In this document: in pieces, positions 40,881 through 49,061 of the stretch
Layout of the letters: each line of letters starts with the position of its first letter
How positions within the stretch are numbered: the first letter of the stretch is position 1
NCBI GenBank assembly: GCA_964632315.1
Contig: CAZWEM010000009.1
Location: forward strand, 1-64,000
Direction: 5' to 3'
Origin: an uncultured archaeon
Lineage (GTDB): Archaea > Asgardarchaeota > Lokiarchaeia > Sigyniarchaeales > SOKP01
DNA length: 64,000 nucleotides
Position numbers and translations under genes: made by a program
Notes under the pieces: model-generated
Databases searched by the model: none
What the model was told of the DNA's origin: nothing
Seen by the model: the letters and a program-made list of their open reading frames with translations, nothing else

Positions 40881-41753
40881 TTAGATCGATGATTTGGAAT
40901 CGATTTGATACATGATTTTATCATTCAACTTTAACTTTAATAATAATTTTTCTGCTCGTTTTCTATTATACGACCTAAGAGATTCAAGAATAATAATCCC
41001 AGGAAAAACAGAACCTGCTGCTATTAATGGACTTATCATTTCAATTATTATTGTCAAATCAAATCCGCTTCTTTCAACTGATGAGGAAACCCATGATATA
41101 ATCATCACGGCTAAGTTATACATAAATCCTACTCCTGCGAATCCTTTAATCACCTTATATAACGGTCTACTTGCTAAATCTGCGCTCATGAATTGAAAAC
41201 CATTGATTTTTTTTGCTTTAATTATTCCCACATCATTCATTACATATATAGGAATCACAATTAAAACAGATGGGATGGTTATTATCCATGCGATTTGCCA
41301 CAATGTTTCAATATCTGGAATATAATACGTTTCTGAAGGACTCACGCTTCTCATGAATTCAATAATAGATTTTTGACCTGCTAAGGTAAAGCACACATTT
41401 CCGACAAAGAAACCTAAAATTATAGATCTCGCCCAAATCTTGCGAAATAAGCTTGATTTACTTAATGGTTTAATTTCTACTAGTCCAATCTTGCTTTTCT
41501 TAGAGAGAAATTTTGTATATATTCTCATGAAAATTGGAGAGATGAAATATATTGCTATAATACCGAATATCGTTCCTGTTATTCCAGGCATTACGACAGC
41601 AAATATCCATTCCACTTGTACATTTCCAGGAGTAATGAAAAAACCTTCTGGGTATGTTATGGGATACGGCATTAAGGAAAACGCGATGATTGAGAGTGTT
41701 ATCAAAAAGATATATAAAATTATAAAAAATAAATAGGTCTTGTTTAGTTTCAT
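40881..41753 (-). CDS. Hypothetical membrane protein
   Basis: 290 aa, about 6 hydrophobic segments. Confidence 0.65.
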   Translation of the reverse strand: MKLNKTYLFFIILYIFLITLSIIAFSLMPYPITYPEGFFITPGNVQVEWIFAVVMPGITGTIFGIIAIYFISPIFMRIYTKFLSKKSKIGLVEIKPLSKSSLFRKIWARSIILGFFVGNVCFTLAGQKSIIEFMRSVSPSETYYIPDIETLWQIAWIITIPSVLIVIPIYVMNDVGIIKAKKINGFQFMSADLASRPLYKVIKGFAGVGFMYNLAVMIISWVSSSVERSGFDLTIIIEMISPLIAAGSVFPGIIILESLRSYNRKRAEKLLLKLKLNDKIMYQIDSKSSI

Positions 41754-41877
41754 ACATCATTGATATATTAAATTTATTTAAATTATGCCACTTAGATAAG
41801 AGATAAAGTAAATTCTTCCCTTTCCAACTTATTAAGGCAAATAAAATGAGATGATAAAAAATAGATTGGATAAAAAA

Positions 41878-43017
41878 TTAGGTCTTTTCTAATTCCATTT
41901 CCCTAATAGCTTTCCCCGATCTGAATGGGATATCTTCAACGCTTTCTCCGGCACGATACTTGAATTTCTCCTTAAAGGCATCGTTAAGCGACTGGAAGTA
42001 TAGAGATAACGGAAGGTTCATGGGGCAGTTATTATCACAATTTCCGCATTCGACACATCGATCAGCCACATGAGCGATACGTGTTAATTGATAGGTCTCT
42101 TTGTTAATCGTTTTCTCCTTTCGCTTCTTTTGTAAGATACAATCAACGCAATAGCATACAGGACAGCCTCGAATACACATTCCACACATCGTACATTTCT
42201 GTAATCGCTCAATTTTTTCTGTTTGTGAAAGTTTGTCCCATTCCTCTAAATCTTTTGCCCTCTTTGCAAGAGCTGCATCTTTAATTTCTTTGATTTTATC
42301 CACTAAATTTTGTTTAATATCGTTTGGTAAAGGTTTAGTCTTTATCTTCGATTTTTCGACTAAATCACTTCCTTTTTCAGTATAAACTTTTAAAATGATT
42401 TCATCAGAATCTATAGGCATCACTAAATCAGTGATTCCTAAATCAGCGACGACAGGAACTTTTCGGTTACATCGAGAACAATTTTCAGCTACGTTAATGG
42501 GGACTTCCTTGACCTTACCATCATCTAATTTCAGAATAAGTCCATTATCCCCAACTTTTTCTTTTACGACTTTAGCTGGATCGATATCCTTTACTTTCTT
42601 GATGTCCTTCGATGCACTTGGAATCATACCGCGATCTTCAAATGCAATGATAAAAAGATTCTCTAAATTCACCTGCCTAATTTTTGCTAATTCGATTAAA
42701 GCTCTTGTATCACATGGTCGAGCAATTACGGCAACTTTTTCATTTAAAGCTCCTTTTAAAGTTTTATGCAGATACTTCGCAGCTGAATCTGTTCTGGCAT
42801 AACCATAAGCTATCAAATTTGTTAAAGGGAATGTTTTAATGTCTTCTTCTTTTTCATAAACAGCTGGTATGACCGTAAATCGATCTTCTTCATTGGTTTT
42901 TTTATTAATTTTTGTTTCTGCACCTAATACTTTATCGACGTAGTTCTCTTTAAGAAGAGATCTTAATAAGATTGGAAAATCATCAATCTTTATGAGATAT
43001 TCTGCTAATGAATCCAT
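41878..43017 (-). CDS. FdhB/FrhB-like (F420-dependent dehydrogenase beta-type) Fe-S subunit
   Basis: KVAVIARPCDTRALIEL, NCSRC, KCTMCGMCIRGCPVCYCVDC, HVADRCVECGNCDNNCP. Confidence 0.8.
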   Translation of the reverse strand: MDSLAEYLIKIDDFPILLRSLLKENYVDKVLGAETKINKKTNEEDRFTVIPAVYEKEEDIKTFPLTNLIAYGYARTDSAAKYLHKTLKGALNEKVAVIARPCDTRALIELAKIRQVNLENLFIIAFEDRGMIPSASKDIKKVKDIDPAKVVKEKVGDNGLILKLDDGKVKEVPINVAENCSRCNRKVPVVADLGITDLVMPIDSDEIILKVYTEKGSDLVEKSKIKTKPLPNDIKQNLVDKIKEIKDAALAKRAKDLEEWDKLSQTEKIERLQKCTMCGMCIRGCPVCYCVDCILQKKRKEKTINKETYQLTRIAHVADRCVECGNCDNNCPMNLPLSLYFQSLNDAFKEKFKYRAGESVEDIPFRSGKAIREMELEKT

Positions 43018-43117
43018 GTTGTTCCAACTGGGTTTATTTAATTTTAAACTTAACTTATATTTTCTAATACTTACTATATTTTATTCTATTCTTTCTTGTA
43101 AAAAGAATTATAAATTT

Positions 43118-43190
43118 ATGTGTTGCATGGAGCTACCATTTCTTCGGTTGAGTTCTCATTTTTTTTAACTCAACTTCATCAGGAACACAT
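43118..43190 (-). promoter_or_regulatory. Eukaryote-like SECIS element in the 3' UTR of hdrA-mvhD
   Basis: ATGTGTT-CCTG-ATGAA-GTTGAGTT-AAAAAAAATGAG-AACTCAAC-CGAA...AACACAT: AUGA/GA kink-turn core, 8-bp upper stem, A-rich apical loop, 7-bp lower stem. Confidence 0.85.
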
Positions 43191-43197
43191 TAATTAT

Positions 43198-43665
43198 TCA
43201 TGTCTTGGCTTTTTTCGCTGCCGTATCAGGTCGTAAGGGACTGGGACCTAATTCACGTATGGTTTTATCAAATGCAGTCGCTTCTTGTTGAAATTTTTGG
43301 CCTTCTGCTGCGGTACAATATCCCAAGTGGATTCTATTTTCACTAAGTCCCATTGATTTGAGTACTTCCTTGGTATATTCGACTTCTCGATACGCAAAAT
43401 AATTTCCAGTCTCATAATCGCATTCTTTAGGGTATCAACCAACAACCATTACTCCATCCGCCCCTCGTCCAAAGGATCTCATTATTAAATCAGAATCGAC
43501 CCTTCCCGTACAAGGCACTAATATCACGCGAATTGAGGTTGGATATTGAGCTCTAATTGTGCCTGCCATATCTGCACTGCCATATCCTCATTTTTAGAAG
43601 ACTTTCGAGATGAAAGTCTCATTCCAACACAGGAAGGCAATGATCTTTATATCTTCTTCTGCCAT
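43198..43665 (-). CDS. mvhD: MvhD/VhuD [2Fe-2S] hydrogenase subunit, selenoprotein (U16, U67), split by a 30-nt intron; join(43622..43665,43198..43591), 145 aa
   Basis: [47 protein letters not shown]...GADGVMVVGUYPKECDYETGN...ELGPSPLR; TGA at 43588-43590 and 43435-43437 fall at Cys/Sec positions; missed by the ORF track. Confidence 0.92.
43592..43621 (-). other. Putative BHB-type mRNA intron in mvhD (30 nt)
   Basis: TGAGACTTTCATCTCGAAAGTCTTCTAAAA; 9-bp stem, central helix TTGG/CTAA, 3-nt bulges AAT and AAA; in-frame TAA. Confidence 0.88.
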
Positions 43666-43679
43666 GATTATTTACCTCT

Positions 43680-45647
43680 TTACTCCTCTATGGGTAATAA
43701 TTCATCGATTAAAGCATTATATTGTACATCCCTAAAGTAGGTCAATTCAATTGCCTTTGAGGGACAAATTGCAGCACATGTTCCACAGCCCCTGCATCTA
43801 ATTAAATCAACTACAATGTTTCCCTTTTCATTAATTGAAATTGCGGTATAGGGACAAGCTTCTATGCATTTATAACATTTAGCACACCGCTCATCCGAAG
43901 GACTAGCTCTTATTAATTCCATCATGTATTCACCTTTTCCCATTGGAATTGCTGCTGTGGATGCTGCTCCCTTAGCTTGACTAACCGCTTTATCAATTTC
44001 TTTTTGGCCTTGTGCAGAACCACAGATATAAATTCCAGGAACTTTCGTGCTAATTGGATCCAAGCGAGCATGAAATTCTTTTAAGAATCCATCTGGACTT
44101 TTTTCCATGTTTAGTACTTTAGCGATTTGATTTGTTCCCTCAGATGGTAAAGACGCTGAAGAGAGAACGACCATGTCAAATTCTTGGGTCACAATTGTAT
44201 CAGTCCCTACTGGTTCAAATTGAACGATTAAATTCTTTGTATCTGGATCTTCTTCAATTTTTCCGACAAGACCTTTAACAAAGACAACTCCAGCATCTCG
44301 AGACCGTCGATAGTATTCTTCATAATCTTTTCCTGCACATCGCATGTCGATATAAACGCATAGTATTTGCGAATCAGGATGTTCAGATTTAATTAATTTC
44401 GAATTCTTTAGTGACAGGTTACAGCAAATTACTGAACACCACGCATTTTTTGTAACATCTCTACTTCCAACACAATTTATGAATAAGATCCTTTTTGGTC
44501 TCGTAGAGTCGGAAGGACGTTTGAGGTGTCCAAACGTAGGACCATTTGGTGCTATAATTCGTTCTAATTGGATTTGTGTTATTACATTATCATAAGTTCC
44601 GTATCCATAATCAGGACCTTCGTAGAGGTCCCAACCCGTAGCGACTATAATGGTACCAACCTTTAATTCGACAACTTCATCTTGTAAGCTAAAATCAACC
44701 GCATCTTCTTCACAAGCATCAACGCATCCAAAACATTCGACGCAATATTCTCTCGCAATATCATAAACAGCGGGAACGGCTTGAGCAAAAGCGATGTCAA
44801 TACACTTTCTAGCAGAAAGACCTTCATCAAAATAATTGGATACATAAATTGGGCAAGCGTCAGTGCAAGCACTACATCCAGTACACTTATCTTCAATGAC
44901 AAAGCGAGAATGTCTTTTTACTTTCACTTCAAAATTCCCAATGTACCCATCTACTTGTTCTACTTCACTGAATGTTAAAATCTCTATATTTTCATGACGA
45001 TTAGCTTCAAGCATTTTAGGCCCGAGTATTCATATTGAACAATCATCAGTTGGAAAAGTTCTATCAAGTTGCGACATCCTCCCTCCAATGGTCGTATTCT
45101 TTTCCACCAAGTAAACTTTAAATCCTGAATCTGCTAAATCCACTGCTGCTGATAATCCAGAAATGCCCCCTCCAACCACTAATGCAGCTGGTTCTACAGG
45201 AACAGTCATGGTAGGTACGTCTTCTAATAATCTTGCTCTTGAAATTCCCGCTTTAATTAACTCTATTGCTTTTTGGAGGGCTTTCTCGCGTTCTTGTTGA
45301 TGAACAAATGAGCAATGTTCCCTAATATTTACAAACTCCAGATAGCGTGGTGGTAAACCTGCTTCTTTCAAAATTGCATGAAATACTGGTTGATGAGTTT
45401 TTGGTGTACAAGCAGCCACGACAATTCTTTCTAATTTGGCTTCTTCAATTTCTTCTTTAATGTACGCGGATCCTCCTTCTGTACACATAGAAAGATAATC
45501 AAAAGCTTTTACTCCAGGAAGTTTATTTAACTCTTCCACGATGGATGGAATGTCTAAAATTCCCGCAATATTGATACCTCAGCGACAGACGAAAACGCCA
45601 ACGACAGATAATCTGTTTTCATCATCCTTGGTCTGATTTTCAGACAA
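43680..45647 (-). CDS. hdrA: Heterodisulfide reductase subunit A, selenoprotein (U23, U206), 655 aa
   Basis: One frame from TTG at 45647: VGVFVCRUGINIAG (TGA 45579-45581)...VVAACTP...VVGGGISG...RTFPTDDCSIUILGPKM (TGA 45030-45032)...CVGSRD...two ferredoxin domains; joins ORFs 45030-45539 and 43680-45014. Confidence 0.93.
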
Positions 45648-45872
45648 GATATACACCCTTGCTATTAAATCCTCCTAATTTTTTGAAATTTAATGCTTAT
45701 TAATTGTTTAATTGATAATATTTCATTCAATTAAGTTATTGATATGTTAAATTAAGCTTTTTATTAAAGTTCAATTGTTATTCTAAATCACCAAGGTAAA
45801 AGAAGAATTTTTCAAAACATAACAATGCATTTTTCCCGAGCGATCCCCTTAATTTTTCATAAATTAAGAGTT

Positions 45873-47054
45873 TTATTTGGAATCTAATTGTAATAGCTTA
45901 CTAAGAGACTTTCGATCATTTGGTAATTGATATTCATCTAAAAGCTTTCTTAGATCGGTTCCATCTAAGCTTTCATCATCCCATAGACGTTCATTTTTAG
46001 CTAAAACTCTCAATACCATTTTTTGATGTTTATTAAGTTTTTTAAATGTCCAAGATCCTTCTTCTGGAAGTTCTGGAAATACAATCCACAATAATGAATA
46101 AATCACGTTTAAAGCCTTAGGACCTTGTAGTTTTGATAATAATTTTGATAGATCTGGAATAACTCTATCGGGAGATTGTACTGCGCAAAATTTTATGACT
46201 TCTGATATGAATCCTAATAATTCACCGTCATTCCAGGGGAATTCAAAGGGAGATAATTCGAATTCTATTATTTTTGGTATTTGCTTTAAAATATAATCTA
46301 TTGGAGTGATATCAACTTCTTCCTCTAAAATGTTAACTAACGCTATTGCTGCAGACATTTTAACTAATACTGAATCATGATCTGAAAAAAACTCCCTAAA
46401 TATTTGCTCATCTTTCTTATCTTCTAAGTAAGAATCAAGCATGGATAACGAAATTAATAAATTAACAAGAATCAACTCATTATTTTCTTTTGCTATTAAA
46501 GGTCTGATTTTATTAGCAGATTCAGATGCCGCTTCCCTAAACCAAGCAATCGCAAAAATAGCCATAATTTTTAATTCTGAATCCTTACTGTCTAAAAATT
46601 TATAATAAGTTGGTACTTCGGTCAAAGCTGATTTATAAGAATCGATAAACGCATCAATATGTTTTAACCAATCTTCATCAATTTCATCTAACTCTTCTGT
46701 TTCTTCTTCTTCTTTTAACGCTTCAGCATCAATCAACCAATCTTCTACATTCGGACCCTTTGGTAAAAATGCTTCTGGATATCCTAATGCGAGATCGACT
46801 GTAAATTTTATGAGACTTGCCTTATCAAGGACTTGAGGATCACGAATCAACTCGAAAATGAAGGGTATTGCGTAAGGAGTCGCTTCATATCTTGTTCCTT
46901 GATGAAAAATATTACCATATAGCTCCCATAATGCGTTTTTTCGTTCTTCCTTATCTTTGGAGGCTAAACTTCTTATAAGTTCGGGAACATCAGATGCTTC
47001 TCCATACGCATGCTCTAAACTCGCCCAATCCACCTTATTAAGTCCTTCTAACAT
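45873..47054 (-). CDS. HEAT-repeat protein
   Basis: VDWASLEHAYGEASDVPELIRSL...IFHQGTRYEAT N-terminus; helical repeats. Confidence 0.7.
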   Translation of the reverse strand: MLEGLNKVDWASLEHAYGEASDVPELIRSLASKDKEERKNALWELYGNIFHQGTRYEATPYAIPFIFELIRDPQVLDKASLIKFTVDLALGYPEAFLPKGPNVEDWLIDAEALKEEEETEELDEIDEDWLKHIDAFIDSYKSALTEVPTYYKFLDSKDSELKIMAIFAIAWFREAASESANKIRPLIAKENNELILVNLLISLSMLDSYLEDKKDEQIFREFFSDHDSVLVKMSAAIALVNILEEEVDITPIDYILKQIPKIIEFELSPFEFPWNDGELLGFISEVIKFCAVQSPDRVIPDLSKLLSKLQGPKALNVIYSLLWIVFPELPEEGSWTFKKLNKHQKMVLRVLAKNERLWDDESLDGTDLRKLLDEYQLPNDRKSLSKLLQLDSK

Positions 47055-47210
47055 GCAAATCCACTTGAACAGTATTTCATAATTTCTTCAGATAAATAAT
47101 TTAAATACAGCACATATTAAAATACCTAGGATTTTAAGGCTTATTTCTCTAAATCACATTAGGTAGGTCAAACATAATTAAAAATAATATCCTCTCCTTA
47201 TGTAAATATA

Positions 47211-48380
47211 ATGAACACTATTGACCCAGCAAGCATAAATCAATTAATATTACATAAGCAACACTTAACTAAAGAATCGAAAAAAGATGATATCTTTCAA
47301 ATAGTAAAAAATTTATGTGGTTTACAGGCGACGGGAACATTTGAGCCATATGTATACTTGTTTTCTAGAAAAAATGATTTCAAAAAGGAAGAATTAAACA
47401 CCCAGTTATATGCTCTTAAAAGATTGATCAAGATAAGAGCAATGAGAAACACGCTTTTTATTGTTCCCATAGAATATGCTCCAATGATGCACGCCGCTAC
47501 TAATTACCTAAAGGAAAATAGATTTGAAGGCTTTTTTACATATACTGATTTCACGCGAGATGAATATTATGACCTTGAATCAAAAATTCATGATGTATTG
47601 GTAAAAGATTCTTTAATTACTACAGAAATAAAAAAACGGATAAATACAGATCGAAACATTTCTATCATTATCTCATTAATGTGTGATAAACTCATATTAG
47701 TAAGAGATCAACCTCCAAAAGGATGGAAAGATAGGAGAAATACGTATAGTTTAATGAAAAACAACTATCCAAATTTAGATTTTGAAGGGATTGAGGAAAA
47801 AGAAGCCATTAATACCTTAGTGTATAATTACATTGATGCATACGGCCCCGTGACTGAAGATGATATTGCTTGGTGGGGAGGTTTGACAAAAACAAGCACT
47901 CGAAATGCGCTCGAATTTAATGAAAATAACATCGAGCGGTTTTCCATCTCTGAATCAGAATATTATATACTTAGTTCTGATCTTGAAAAACTGGAACAAA
48001 TAAAACCTTCAAAAGCACATATTGTAAATTTCTTAGCAAATTTGGATCCTTATCTTATGGGTTATAAGAAAAGAGAACGCTTCATTAATCCTAATACTTA
48101 CGAGTTCGTATTCGACAGTTCTGGAAATGCAACCACTACTATTCTATTAGATGGAGTGGTTATTGGCATCTGGGACTTTGAGAAAAAACCGAAACCGAAA
48201 GTAAAATTCTTATTGTTTAATCAAGTGAATGAATTGATTTTAAATGAAATAAAACAACAAGCAAAGAAGATTGGTAAATTTGTTTTGGAACAAGATTTCC
48301 AAATTCAGCAGTGTACTGATTCTCTTCCTCTCACTAAAAGATCTGCGGGAACTTTTATGAGACCTCTTAAAAATTGTTAA
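47211..48380 (+). CDS. Winged-helix DNA glycosylase AlkZ/YcaQ-like (HTH_42) protein
   Basis: LCGLQAT, AMRNTLF, YGPVTEDDIAWWGGL, LDPYLMGYKKR, ILLDGVVIGIW. Confidence 0.82.
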   Translation: MNTIDPASINQLILHKQHLTKESKKDDIFQIVKNLCGLQATGTFEPYVYLFSRKNDFKKEELNTQLYALKRLIKIRAMRNTLFIVPIEYAPMMHAATNYLKENRFEGFFTYTDFTRDEYYDLESKIHDVLVKDSLITTEIKKRINTDRNISIIISLMCDKLILVRDQPPKGWKDRRNTYSLMKNNYPNLDFEGIEEKEAINTLVYNYIDAYGPVTEDDIAWWGGLTKTSTRNALEFNENNIERFSISESEYYILSSDLEKLEQIKPSKAHIVNFLANLDPYLMGYKKRERFINPNTYEFVFDSSGNATTTILLDGVVIGIWDFEKKPKPKVKFLLFNQVNELILNEIKQQAKKIGKFVLEQDFQIQQCTDSLPLTKRSAGTFMRPLKNC

Positions 48381-48503
48381 AGATTGAAATCTTTTGTTTC
48401 AAAATTGTAGCTTCTACACTAGCTAAAATAAAAAAAGTATGCCTCTATTATACTGTTATTACTAATTCCATAAAAAAAGTAAATAAAAGAATAAAATATT
48501 TTG

Positions 48504-49061
48504 TTATTTGGTCCCAAATTCTTCTACGTTACCAAAAAGGCGTTTTACCGCTTCGATCCGAGTTTCTTCACCAATTTGTTCAACATTTTTCAATGATATC
48601 GCTTCTTTTGGACACACTGCGATGCATTGAGGTTCTTTCTTCCCAACCTCGGGATCTATGAATTCATCTTTCATGTTTTCACATAGGTCGCATACCAATG
48701 CTTTTTGATCGTTTATGTTCAGAGATATTACTCCAAAATCACAAGCTCTGACGCAAAATGCACATCCGTTACACTTATCACTGTCAACGATGATGGAACC
48801 CGTCCCTTCATCTTTTTCTAATGCCTTTTCTGGGCAAGCTCTTACACAAGGAGCATCCTCACATTTTTGGCAAGCAAGGGCAATGTTAAACACTGGTTCT
48901 ATTCTTACTCGATGTATGCGAGTGTTTATTGGGTTGAATTCAGCATCATGGACAAAACTGCACACGCTTTCACATGTCTCACATCCAGTACACAAAACAG
49001 GGTCTACAACGATGAATTGGTGCATCTTTCCTCCACGTTTCTTAGTTTTTACTGCTGACAT
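48504..49061 (-). CDS. 4Fe-4S dicluster subunit (DmsB/AorA-like) co-transcribed with AOR
   Basis: CTGCETCESVC, CQKCEDAPCVRACP, CNGCAFCVRAC, CDLC...CIAVCP; directly adjacent to aor. Confidence 0.88.
   Translation of the reverse strand: MSAVKTKKRGGKMHQFIVVDPVLCTGCETCESVCSFVHDAEFNPINTRIHRVRIEPVFNIALACQKCEDAPCVRACPEKALEKDEGTGSIIVDSDKCNGCAFCVRACDFGVISLNINDQKALVCDLCENMKDEFIDPEVGKKEPQCIAVCPKEAISLKNVEQIGEETRIEAVKRLFGNVEEFGTK

Noticed and set aside
35473-43621. Ribosomal bypassing (matched take-off/landing codons) as the explanation for the inserts
   Set aside because: In gap an AAT-to-AAT hop would leave an extra His (INHGFG); in mvhD no matched codon pair flanks the insert. BHB excision explains both without residue changes. 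Not formally excluded without RNA data.
35473-43621. The inserts as copies of one MITE or repeat family
   Set aside because: The two inserts share structure but not sequence, show no convincing target-site duplication, and no transposase is present in the window.
43248-43740. ORFs 43248-43445 (-) and 43546-43740 (+)
   Set aside because: Out-of-frame or antisense shadows of the real mvhD gene.
43680-45539. Two separate hdrA fragments (169 aa and 444 aa) or a pseudogene
   Set aside because: They are in one frame and separated only by TGA at a conserved Cys/Sec column, with a SECIS downstream.
43198-45647. Genome-wide reassignment of TGA
   Set aside because: Ordinary genes in the window end in TGA (e.g. 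at 4849, 33461, 38623, 58000); internal TGAs occur only at Cys-type positions in known selenoprotein families.
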